A stretch of 64,000 bases of DNA from Candidatus Heimdallarchaeota archaeon. GTDB lineage: Archaea > Asgardarchaeota > Heimdallarchaeia > Heimdallarchaeales > Heimdallarchaeaceae. This document shows positions 42,088 through 50,509 of this stretch, one piece after another (position 1 is the stretch's first letter; each line of letters begins with the position of its first letter). Location of the stretch: assembly GCA_019057815.1 (NCBI GenBank), contig JAHLWR010000002.1:160001-224000 (forward strand), given 5' to 3'. The notes below the pieces were generated by a model that saw nothing but the letters and a program-made list of their open reading frames with translations, ran no database searches and was not told the DNA's origin. The position numbers were made by a program, and so were the translations under genes.

Positions 42088-43002
42088 CTATATTAAACCT
42101 CTTTCCATTAAAATCTTGAATTCGTCTAGATTTAACTTTGCTCCCTCTTTATAACGCCCTACTATTTCTTCAACTTTATCATCAATTTTTCGTTGGATAG
42201 CTTTCTTTGCTTCCATTTTCCTTGCTTTGCGTTGAGCTTGAAATTCATTAGAGAATTCACTCCCAATTTTCTTTACTTCTTGTGTAAGACCATCGAGTTC
42301 TTTACGAAGAGTAGTAACGGTTCCATTTAAAACTATAATTTCAGCATGAATTTCATCTGCTGCTTCCTTTATTTTTCTTGCTTCTTTGTTGGATTCTAAC
42401 ATTTTTTCTTGATGAACCTGAGATTCATGAGCAAGTGTTGTTACACTTGTATGATAAGTTCGGATTTCGGTCTGCATATAGCGCAATTTTTGTTTCATAT
42501 CACGGAATTCATTTCGTAATTCTTTGAACTGTTCCATTTTTTCGAATTCTTCAGAAAGCTCTTCAAGTTGTTTTAATGTTTGTTTTTCCATCTCTTTTGT
42601 CAAAAATGGAGTAGTCTCAAGCTGACGTTCTAGACGTCGCATCCTTTCTCCAACACGTTTATTTCTAGGAGCTCCAACTGTTTTCATTTGCGAACCTAGT
42701 TCAAGAAGACGTTTACCGATAACATCAGCATCTTCACGAAGGATATCTCGCATTTGCTTTCGAAATTGAACTTCTTCATTAATTTTATCCCTTTTCTCTT
42801 TTTCAGTTCTAGCCAAGATAAAAAGTTCTTTTGATTCCTTGTTTTTCACATCTCGAATCTTACGTAGTTCATTACGCTTATTATGAAAATTATGAAATTG
42901 CTGTATTTTATCTCTTCTTTTGGTTTTTAATTCCAAAAGATTTTGTCTTTTCTCTTCCAGTGTAAGTTCTTCTGTTTCAGTCGTCATTAGCAAATCACGC
43001 AA
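42088..43002 (-). CDS. Archaeal coiled-coil protein (COG1340-like)
   Basis: LERQLET and YKEGAKLNLDEFKIL motifs. Confidence 0.75.
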   Translation of the reverse strand: MRDLLMTTETEELTLEEKRQNLLELKTKRRDKIQQFHNFHNKRNELRKIRDVKNKESKELFILARTEKEKRDKINEEVQFRKQMRDILREDADVIGKRLLELGSQMKTVGAPRNKRVGERMRRLERQLETTPFLTKEMEKQTLKQLEELSEEFEKMEQFKELRNEFRDMKQKLRYMQTEIRTYHTSVTTLAHESQVHQEKMLESNKEARKIKEAADEIHAEIIVLNGTVTTLRKELDGLTQEVKKIGSEFSNEFQAQRKARKMEAKKAIQRKIDDKVEEIVGRYKEGAKLNLDEFKILMERGLI

Positions 43003-43119
43003 ATCTATGCAAAGGATGTTCCAAACTACTATTTACTTTCAAGTACTCAAAAGAGGAGGTGTATTTATATTTTATGACAAATCACAGATAGTATGATAAC
43101 AAAGAGAATTATTCTCTTC

Positions 43120-43278
43120 TTATTTCCTATTAGAACGTTTCATACGTAACTCAGTGGATCGACATTTACGACATTTTTTTGCATTTAAAGGGTTAGTTGC
43201 AGAGCATTTACGGCATACTTTCTTCTGCATTAAGTGTTGACGCGCGATACGACGATATTCTGGATTTGTAACAGGCAT
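43120..43278 (-). CDS. rpl40e: 50S ribosomal protein L40e (below ORF-track cutoff)
   Basis: Manual translation MPVTNPEYRRIARQHLMQKKVCRKCSATNPLNAKKCRKCRSTELRMKRSNRK; GAGGAG SD. Confidence 0.95.
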   Translation of the reverse strand: MPVTNPEYRRIARQHLMQKKVCRKCSATNPLNAKKCRKCRSTELRMKRSNRK

Positions 43279-43686
43279 TTCAAGCTCTCCTCAGTATGTT
43301 TAAGTGTCGTTTAAGAGTGGTAATAAAAAAATTTCTATTAAAGTCAAAATTAAGAAACAACATAATCAGTTGTTACAAAATTCAGAACACTTAATTATGA
43401 AGTTATTCATGATTAATAATAACATTACGAAAAACTAGAAGTTTCCTTCTTGTTAAATCAAATGATTTATTAGAAAAATATAAGGAAATTGCAGCCAAAA
43501 AATGCAAAATAACTCAAATCAGAGAAAAAATGGGTAAGGTATTCAAATATTTAGGTCTATTTTGCTTCATGCTAAGTAATAATATCACTTCTACAACTTT
43601 ATGTAGTTCTACTTTTTACGCCCCCTTATGGCGTTAGTGCAGGGTTTATGGTGATAATACGTTTTTTTGTATAATGATTAGATAGG

Positions 43687-43729
43687 TTTATATAGACATA
43701 CAGAATAATGTAAATACAGAATAGTGTAA
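43687..43729 (+). promoter_or_regulatory. TATA box followed by tandem palindromic operator
   Basis: TTTATATA at 43687-43694, then ATACAGAATAATGTAA and ATACAGAATAGTGTAA (each TACA-N6-TGTA). Confidence 0.6.
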
Positions 43730-43750
43730 GAAGATAACAAGGTGAAAAGA

Positions 43751-43861
43751 ATGTCAGAAAAAAGATTGAATGAAACGCGAAAATCAGATAAAACACATAA
43801 GAAAATCTCCAGTAATGAGATTCTAACTCAATATATTAAACATCAGTTATTGGGATATTAA
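43751..43861 (+). CDS. 36-aa microprotein
   Basis: AAGGTGA SD; MSEKRLNETRKSDKTHKKISSNEILTQYIKHQLLGY. Confidence 0.5.
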   Translation: MSEKRLNETRKSDKTHKKISSNEILTQYIKHQLLGY

Positions 43862-43882
43862 AAAATAGAGAGGTAGATAATC

Positions 43883-44014
43883 ATGAAACAAGAAGAAACT
43901 CTCCGTATTATCGATCAAGAAATTAGCAAGCTTAAGGCGGATCTTAACCGCACTCGTAAAGCTAGAAAATCCATGCGTAAGCGCCAACCTGAATACATAG
44001 TTGTTGCTTGGTGA
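43883..44014 (+). CDS. 43-aa basic coiled-coil microprotein
   Basis: GAGGT SD; MKQEETLRIIDQEISKLKADLNRTRKARKSMRKRQPEYIVVAW. Confidence 0.6.
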   Translation: MKQEETLRIIDQEISKLKADLNRTRKARKSMRKRQPEYIVVAW

Positions 44015-44023
44015 GATGATTAC

Positions 44024-44257
44024 ATGGAAATTGATGATATACCCAATCTTGTCTCCAATCTCCTCGAAGATATAAAATTTGAATTAAAGGAATCTTTAGA
44101 AGATCTTACTTTCTCTCTTAATTCAATGACACACTCTTTCAAGGTTGATTTTAAAAATAATCTTAAATCCAATCTTACTGATTTAAAGGAATTTCTTTCA
44201 GACCTTCAATATAACTTGAAGGACATTTCGTCTGACCGTTCTTCAGATGAGAGTTGA
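44024..44257 (+). CDS. 77-aa acidic amphipathic-helix protein
   Basis: GGTGA SD overlapping upstream stop; regular Leu/Phe periodicity. Confidence 0.6.
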   Translation: MEIDDIPNLVSNLLEDIKFELKESLEDLTFSLNSMTHSFKVDFKNNLKSNLTDLKEFLSDLQYNLKDISSDRSSDES

Positions 44258-44283
44258 AATATTATTAATTATGAGGTATTTAT

Positions 44284-45744
44284 ATGGCAAAAGAAGATGT
44301 TGATAATCTTAAAAAAGAGGTTGAAGAACTCAAGAAACAGAATGAGGAGCTGGCTAAGCTAATGAAGAATGTTTACAAAAAAATTGAACAATCATCTATT
44401 CCTCCTTCTGTACCCCCTGCTTCAGAAGTAGTTGAAGCACATACAGATTTTTCTAGACCACTTAGAGCACAAAGAGCACCTATTGCTCCCAAAAAGCAAA
44501 AAAAACTCAAAGATAAGGAAAAAAGAAAATACGAAAAAGTCTTAGAAAAAGATCTTTCTAAATTGATCAAAACTGAAAAGAAAAAAGGCAATGAGGTCTT
44601 TGACACCAAATTTCATTTTGACACAGAGAAATTTAATATTCAAATCAATGAAATCGCAAAAAAGGCGCAAGAATTTGCTAACAAAATTTCCAAAAATTTT
44701 TCCAGTGATTTTATGACTGGTCTCGACAAGAAGCTAAAGAAAATAGATACCACTATTGCAAAAGAAGCAGATCGTATTCGCACAATTAGCGTCATGACAG
44801 ATGAAGAGTACGAAGATATTGTTGAGGAAATTGAGGAGGCTAAAGAAGAAATTGAGGAGGCTAAAGAAGAAATTGAGGAATATCAACATCAGATTGTTGA
44901 AGTTCGTCAAAGGATGAATGAACTCAAACGAGAAATGGCAAAAGCAAAAGAACGATTTATGAATGCTAAGCTCAATGGAGATATTGAGGAAATCGAGGAA
45001 ACTAAAAATCATCTTCGCGATCTAGAGAACGAACTCCGTGAGAGTGGTGAAGATTTACAAGATTCTCTGCACTATCTCAATGATGCAAAAAGAGAGTTTG
45101 AACGAGCACGTCGTGAATATTCTAATCTTCTCCGTCGAGCTCAACGGCTTCGAAATGTTCATCGTCAATCTCCAAAAATGTTTGTAATCGGAGCCTCTAA
45201 AGGCAAAAAAGAAGATGATTTTTCTGTTAAGATTGAAGATCTTGTCACGTCTGTTGCATCTAATATTAAAAAATCTCTTGTTTCAACAATTGAAGGAGGT
45301 AAAAAAATCATTAGCCAAATCACAGATATTGATGGTGACAAGATTGTTATTACAGATGAAAAAGGAACGCGCATATCTTCTGGATCAATAGAAGATTTCA
45401 TCACAACTACAGCAGGTCTTTTTTCAGCTCTTGGCGACGAAAATCGTCTTAAAGTTCTCAAGACTCTTGAACTTGGTCCAGAATTTCAGAAAGAACTTTC
45501 TGAAAAAACTAACTTAAGAGGTGGTACTTACAAACACCATACAGACATTCTTCAAGAAGTTGATTTCATTACTCGTGAAGCTATTCGAGGTCGCTATCTT
45601 ATCACTCAATTAGGTATTGAAGCTTTGAAATTATCTGAACTACTATTTTTGCGTAAAAAGAAACTTGAAGCAGCTCAAAAACCTACTAAGAAAGATGAAA
45701 GAGATGATGAAGACGAAACAACTCTAGACATTGATATTGAATAA
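44284..45744 (+). CDS. Long coiled-coil protein with C-terminal ArsR-like wHTH
   Basis: FSALGDENRLKVLKTL...YKHHTDIL...RGRYLIT; GAGGT SD. Confidence 0.8.
   Translation: MAKEDVDNLKKEVEELKKQNEELAKLMKNVYKKIEQSSIPPSVPPASEVVEAHTDFSRPLRAQRAPIAPKKQKKLKDKEKRKYEKVLEKDLSKLIKTEKKKGNEVFDTKFHFDTEKFNIQINEIAKKAQEFANKISKNFSSDFMTGLDKKLKKIDTTIAKEADRIRTISVMTDEEYEDIVEEIEEAKEEIEEAKEEIEEYQHQIVEVRQRMNELKREMAKAKERFMNAKLNGDIEEIEETKNHLRDLENELRESGEDLQDSLHYLNDAKREFERARREYSNLLRRAQRLRNVHRQSPKMFVIGASKGKKEDDFSVKIEDLVTSVASNIKKSLVSTIEGGKKIISQITDIDGDKIVITDEKGTRISSGSIEDFITTTAGLFSALGDENRLKVLKTLELGPEFQKELSEKTNLRGGTYKHHTDILQEVDFITREAIRGRYLITQLGIEALKLSELLFLRKKKLEAAQKPTKKDERDDEDETTLDIDIE
44824..44880 (+). repeat. 21-nt tandem repeat (about 2.7 copies) encoding EEIEEAK
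   Basis: GA(G/A)GAAATTGAGGAGGCTAAA repeated in frame. Confidence 0.85.
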
Positions 45745-45753
45745 GGTGAAATC

Positions 45754-46428
45754 ATGTACCTGCAAGTGATTAACCGTCCTTTGAAAATAACTCATAGTTT
45801 TGAGCATACTTTTGACAACAAACATGTTAAAATTACATGTGCCAAAAAAGCTTTTCTTTTTCCGGTTTTCGAGGTCACACGTGATGAACAAATAGGCTTT
45901 CTATATGATGGTCCCTTAGGTATCACGTGTGATCTTTTAGTTCACTCTAAAGAAGGAGCTGTAGGGAAAATCTTTGAGGAAACCTATTCCTCAGCTCTAT
46001 TTGTTCCAGCTAACTTAGATTTTTTGAGAGATCATGTCAAAGAGTTAACACCTATTGAAGAGGAAAAGTTTCCTAAGTACGAGAAAATTATCTCCTCATT
46101 TGAGATCCACCTATCTTCCAAAAAGTTCTGTTACCACAGCAATAATGACTACTTCCTCCTTCTTAGTGGTAGGACATTTTCTATCTGGTTCATAAATGGT
46201 GAGACTACAATATCTATCACTCATGAGGAAATCATGGGAAGAACAGGAGAGCGCAAGTTATTCTGGTTCTCTCCCAAGAATATCGTTTTCACTAATGATA
46301 AAGGAGATATTTTCTCTACCTCAAATATGTTTTCAAATAAAAATATTGTCAAAATGATTCTCAAATCCTTGGAAACTAATCCTGTAAGAGATTATTTCAG
46401 TAATTTCGACAAACTTCTTTCACATTAG
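45754..46428 (+). CDS. Uncharacterised protein, last gene of operon
   Basis: AAGGTGA SD, 224-aa beta-rich ORF. Confidence 0.7.
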   Translation: MYLQVINRPLKITHSFEHTFDNKHVKITCAKKAFLFPVFEVTRDEQIGFLYDGPLGITCDLLVHSKEGAVGKIFEETYSSALFVPANLDFLRDHVKELTPIEEEKFPKYEKIISSFEIHLSSKKFCYHSNNDYFLLLSGRTFSIWFINGETTISITHEEIMGRTGERKLFWFSPKNIVFTNDKGDIFSTSNMFSNKNIVKMILKSLETNPVRDYFSNFDKLLSH

Positions 46429-46438
46429 ATACAGTTTT

Positions 46439-47416
46439 TCACAGCTGTATCTTATTTTTTATAAATTCCGCTATCTGTTTTGCGATTATTGGAGGTACTG
46501 CTTCTCCCACTTGATCGAACATAGAATCAGCTGACCCAACAAACTTGAAATTATCAGAAAACCCCATCAATCTTGCATGTTCTCTTATCGTTAGAGCTCT
46601 ATCTTCCTCTGGATGAATAAACCTAGATTTACCCATTATGGTATTTGCATTTTCTTTAGGTGCTATTCTAATCCAATTTCTTTTTTCCCTTGTGGCTCCT
46701 GAAAAATATACTCCAGCCCGACCTTTTGCTATTTTATGCACTTTTTTTGCAATTTTTTTAGGAAAGTGGACGTAAAAGTGATTATAGAAATCATTTGGGT
46801 ATGAAGGATTAGGTAGATCATTAAGGACTTCTTCAGCTCGTATTTTCTTCTTTTTTGGAAGTATAATATGTATATTAGAGATGAATAATCTATTCCTTGA
46901 AGAAGGACACCCATGTTCTTCTGCTCTTATGAAGTTGAAATGTATTTTACCATAGCCTGCAGTGATTAGTGCATCTTTTATTATTTGTTTACCCTGAGTT
47001 TCAGCCATTGGAACAACATTTTCTATCACAAAGAATTGTGGTTGTATATCACCAATTATCCTAATTGCATGAAAAATGAGATCGCCTTGAGGATCTTCAT
47101 AAAATCTTGCCCAAGGATTCTTTTTCCGTTTTGGATTTGCTGAAGTGAATGGCTCACATGGGGGAGAAGCAAGTATTATATCTGGTTTATCAGCAATTTT
47201 TGACATTATATCAAGTGAATGAACTGTTCGAACATCTCTTTTCATCATCACGGTTTGGGGGAAGTTTAGTTCATAAGTTGCTGTAGTATTTTTGTCGTTT
47301 TCAATTGCAAGCAAATCTCTGAACCCAGCTTGAACAAATCCTAGACTAAAACCACCTGCTCCTGAAAACAAATCAATAAAAGTAGGAATTTGATTTGTAC
47401 TTTTTTTTTCAAACAT
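46439..47416 (-). CDS. C5-cytosine methyltransferase (orphan)
   Basis: FSGAGG, SPPCEPFT, ENV, PSSRNR, RALTIREHARLMGF, GEAV. Confidence 0.92.
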   Translation of the reverse strand: MFEKKSTNQIPTFIDLFSGAGGFSLGFVQAGFRDLLAIENDKNTTATYELNFPQTVMMKRDVRTVHSLDIMSKIADKPDIILASPPCEPFTSANPKRKKNPWARFYEDPQGDLIFHAIRIIGDIQPQFFVIENVVPMAETQGKQIIKDALITAGYGKIHFNFIRAEEHGCPSSRNRLFISNIHIILPKKKKIRAEEVLNDLPNPSYPNDFYNHFYVHFPKKIAKKVHKIAKGRAGVYFSGATREKRNWIRIAPKENANTIMGKSRFIHPEEDRALTIREHARLMGFSDNFKFVGSADSMFDQVGEAVPPIIAKQIAEFIKNKIQL

Positions 47417-47551
47417 TTGACCACCATCTGATTCTGTTAATCAACCCATTCCTTTTCCAAATAATTCTTCTTTGCCTAGTTACTTGATATCACCCAAAAG
47501 TATTCTTTCCCCTCAAGTTGTGGAAGGTTTTCACATCCTTGCTAAAAGAAT

Positions 47552-47627
47552 TGGTGGGCAAAGCAGGAATTGAACCTGCGACCTACTCCGTGTGAGGGAG
47601 TTGTCATAGCCACTAGACCACATGCCC
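47552..47627 (-). tRNA. tRNA-Val(CAC), CCA encoded
   Basis: Anticodon arm ACTCC-CT-CAC-AC-GGAGT, T-arm GCAGG-TTCAATT-CCTGC. Confidence 0.95.
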
Positions 47628-47690
47628 GTAATTCAATCAGATATAGCATCCAAAGCTATATATTTTTTCTGTTTGGTAATTTAGAAAAAG

Positions 47691-47922
47691 CAATATAATG
47701 CCCCTGAGGTTAACACACTGCTTCATTTTTTGGGTTAACCCCACATCTACTAGTTGAGCTCCTCAGGAGCATATGTTGTCTACCAGGGTTGACCTAATAT
47801 CATTGTATGGAATGCTTCATTCCACTCAATAAGGAGCCCGTATGGTAGCCTGTAGCCTTTCTTTTTGCACTTTTCTTCATTGTTGGCCAAAGCCTACTAT
47901 GAAAAGTCCTCGATAAAAGGCA
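47691..47922 (-). ncRNA. Three-hairpin box H/ACA pseudouridylation guide RNA
   Basis: Three stem-pocket-stem-K-turn hairpins ending in ACA (47851-53), ACA (47774-76) and AUA (47694-96); hairpin 1 pocket complementary to 23S PTC UUUGC-UN-CCUCGAU. Confidence 0.8.
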
Positions 47923-48077
47923 AAATAACATTAATCTCAAATATCTTTAATGTTTTGTTTTTTAACATTAACAAAAAACAACCCTTATTCTTAATTATAA
48001 TGTCACGTCATACATGTTTAATTATAAAGTAATTTTTAAAATAAGATTGTAAAAAGGGAAAAGAAAAAGGGAATAAA

Positions 48078-49526
48078 TTACAGGTCCCTATACTCAACAA
48101 TTTTCACAGATGCAGGTTTCTTGGAGATTTCACCCAACCTTGCACCTATTACCATTGCTATACCTTTGTTGTGAGCTCGTTCAAGCAATCTCTGTGTAAT
48201 AATTCCATCGATAACAATAATTTCGGCTTTTTTTATTTCATCTAGTTTGTTGAATATTTCCGCAGCGGGAATTCTGAGTAATTCTTTGTTTTCTTCTTCG
48301 AAAACCACAGCTTCAAGTTTTTGTTTCACACTTTCAACGGTTTTGTTAAGATATTCAGGCAATTCTATTTTCCTTATAATCCTTCTAGGAGGTCGTGTCT
48401 CAGTATCGCGATACGATGTAGTGCGCCTAGAAGTACTCTCAGGTCTTCTTGTTTGACTATAACTTGTTCTAGAATCTGTAGGTCTGTATTCCCTCCTAGG
48501 TTGAAAGCTTCTTGTATCGCGTGGTCTTCTCTCAGATGTATAAGAAGGTTGACGAGGTTTATATGTAGATGGTCTTTCATAACTTTTACCTTCGTATTTG
48601 GTCTCTGGTTTAACATACGAGGGTTTTACTTGTTTTCTACCTGTTTTCGTGGATTTTTGTATGAATTTTTTAACTGTCAAGCCTTCATCAGTTCCTGTTA
48701 GGAAAACAGCTTTTTCTAAAGAAGTACACTTCTTGAGAGCTTCATTTACTTCATCCTTATTCAAATCTTCTACTTCTTTACCCTTTGGTGCTCTAGCAAC
48801 ATATTCCACGTGCGCAACTTGAAGTAATTCTTTTAATATTAAATCTCCTCCTCTATCACCATCAAGAAAAACCGTTACTGTTTTATTTTTAATTAATTCA
48901 ACGAGTCTAAGTGAAACGCTTGTACCATTAACAGCAATTGTATTATCAATTCCCATCTTCAAAAGAGTAACAACATCTGCTCTTCCTTCAACAAGTATAA
49001 TTTTCTTTGATTTTTCAAAAGCTGGTCCTGCAGCAAAACCATCAGCACCAATTTTTATCACTGAACCAACTTTAGACGATTTCTCTACCTCAAGTTTAAT
49101 TGAAGAACTAAAAGGACTCACATTTTGATCCCATTGACGGACAATCTCAGCTGCACGATCCACAATTGACTTTCTCTTATCAATTCTTACATCAACAATT
49201 TCACCTAGTTTAATCTTGCAAGTACAAGGACCTACACGATCAACAGTTTCAATAGTTGCAGCCAAAATTGCTGTTTCTGTTCGTGGAAGACTAGAAGGAA
49301 TAATAATACTTCCTCTAGTTTTCCCTTCTCTACTGGTAAGGTCTACACTTATACGACCTATTCTACCCGATTTTTGGAGTTCACGAATATCTAAATCTTC
49401 ACTTAAAAGTCCAGAAGTTTGACCATAAATAGCCCCAACAATATCGGGTGTCTCCACAACTCCCTGTATTTCAAACCTCACTACAATATTATACTTCGTA
49501 GTCGAAGCGTCATTTTTAGCACCCAT
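48078..49526 (-). CDS. dnaG: Archaeal DnaG (TOPRIM; exosome-associated)
   Basis: GAIYGQT, ELQKSGRIGRI, VEGRADV, DGDRGG, IDGIITQRL. Confidence 0.96.
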   Translation of the reverse strand: MGAKNDASTTKYNIVVRFEIQGVVETPDIVGAIYGQTSGLLSEDLDIRELQKSGRIGRISVDLTSREGKTRGSIIIPSSLPRTETAILAATIETVDRVGPCTCKIKLGEIVDVRIDKRKSIVDRAAEIVRQWDQNVSPFSSSIKLEVEKSSKVGSVIKIGADGFAAGPAFEKSKKIILVEGRADVVTLLKMGIDNTIAVNGTSVSLRLVELIKNKTVTVFLDGDRGGDLILKELLQVAHVEYVARAPKGKEVEDLNKDEVNEALKKCTSLEKAVFLTGTDEGLTVKKFIQKSTKTGRKQVKPSYVKPETKYEGKSYERPSTYKPRQPSYTSERRPRDTRSFQPRREYRPTDSRTSYSQTRRPESTSRRTTSYRDTETRPPRRIIRKIELPEYLNKTVESVKQKLEAVVFEEENKELLRIPAAEIFNKLDEIKKAEIIVIDGIITQRLLERAHNKGIAMVIGARLGEISKKPASVKIVEYRDL

Positions 49527-50004
49527 ATAATCACCTTTTATAATGTCCAATATTCATGCATTTGATTAGTCGCACATAGGTGACACACACTACTCAAAAT
49601 CCCCTGCCCAAATACACACTTCAAATTAATTTATGAGTTATTATGAATATAATTAATTTTTAACATATTATATCTTAATTCTATGTGATTGTGATAATTT
49701 TGAAATGATGATTATGATAGTGAATTGTAATGTCCATTTTGAATATTAACCCTTTATTTGTGCTAATCTAATAGGGCATGAATATATATTACTTTTACTT
49801 AATTTTCAATCATAGTCTGAACATTGTTCCTTTCTTTCAGACTTCAAGACAACATAGATTGGTCAATGTTAAAAAACTTACCATATGATACATTACTAAC
49901 TAGTTTATAAGTTCTACACTTTCATAAAATTATGGGATCAAAGTAATCAAAAGTATTTAACTATGTTTAAATAATTTGAGTTGAGAATTTTAAAGTGAAT
50001 AACA

Positions 50005-50430
50005 ATGCATCCAGCGATTATTGTCCTATTTTGTATAGGTGGAGCACTAGGTCTGCTAACAATTATTTTTCTAATCTTAAGAATAAAAAAGAAAAAGAAA
50101 AACCCTCTGATTGAACGAGCTGAATCCATATTTATCGTTATTAATCAAAGAATCCACAGCATACTAAATGAAATCCAGAAAATAGATTCAGAGGTTACAA
50201 AAATTCTAATTTTGAAGAATACAAAAGACAAGTCAAATGAAAGTGCAGAAGAACTACAAATTAAGTTAGAGGATAATCAGGTTAAAATCAAGAAGTTAAT
50301 GCTGAAAATTGAAGACTTAAAAGATTATCAAAAAGAGATTAAAAATGAGATATTGAATAAAAAACAAGGAAATTTAGACGAAATTGAAGTTATTTTTGAA
50401 AGGATAAAAGAAAAAATCGACAATTGTTGA
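50005..50430 (+). CDS. N-terminally membrane-anchored coiled-coil protein
   Basis: TM helix followed by KKKKK, then heptads. Confidence 0.7.
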   Translation: MHPAIIVLFCIGGALGLLTIIFLILRIKKKKKNPLIERAESIFIVINQRIHSILNEIQKIDSEVTKILILKNTKDKSNESAEELQIKLEDNQVKIKKLMLKIEDLKDYQKEIKNEILNKKQGNLDEIEVIFERIKEKIDNC

Positions 50431-50509
50431 GAAATCCTTAATTTTAGAATACGTTTCTAAGGCTAGTGTAGTTACAGATAGTTTAATATTCTCTATAATA
50501 AAACTTTAA

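Noticed and set aside
43583-43660. Short stems (TATCAC/GTGATA, CTACA/TGTAG, ACGCC/GGCGT) as a structured RNA
   Set aside because: Stems of 5-6 bp are expected by chance; no known motif
45754-47416. 224-aa ORF plus methyltransferase as a restriction-modification pair
   Set aside because: No nuclease motif seen; the ORF is translationally tied to the upstream wHTH operon
47691-47922. AUGA/GA hairpins as SECIS elements or a CRISPR-like repeat
   Set aside because: AUGA lies on the 3' strand, hairpins end in ACA/AUA, no in-frame UGA selenoprotein is adjacent, and the units are not identical repeats. H/ACA fits better.
49560-49990. AT-rich spacer with ATGATGA and inverted repeat AGTCTGAA/TTCAGACT as C/D sRNA or replication origin
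   Set aside because: No correctly spaced D/D' boxes, no recognisable ORB repeats, no cdc6 nearby
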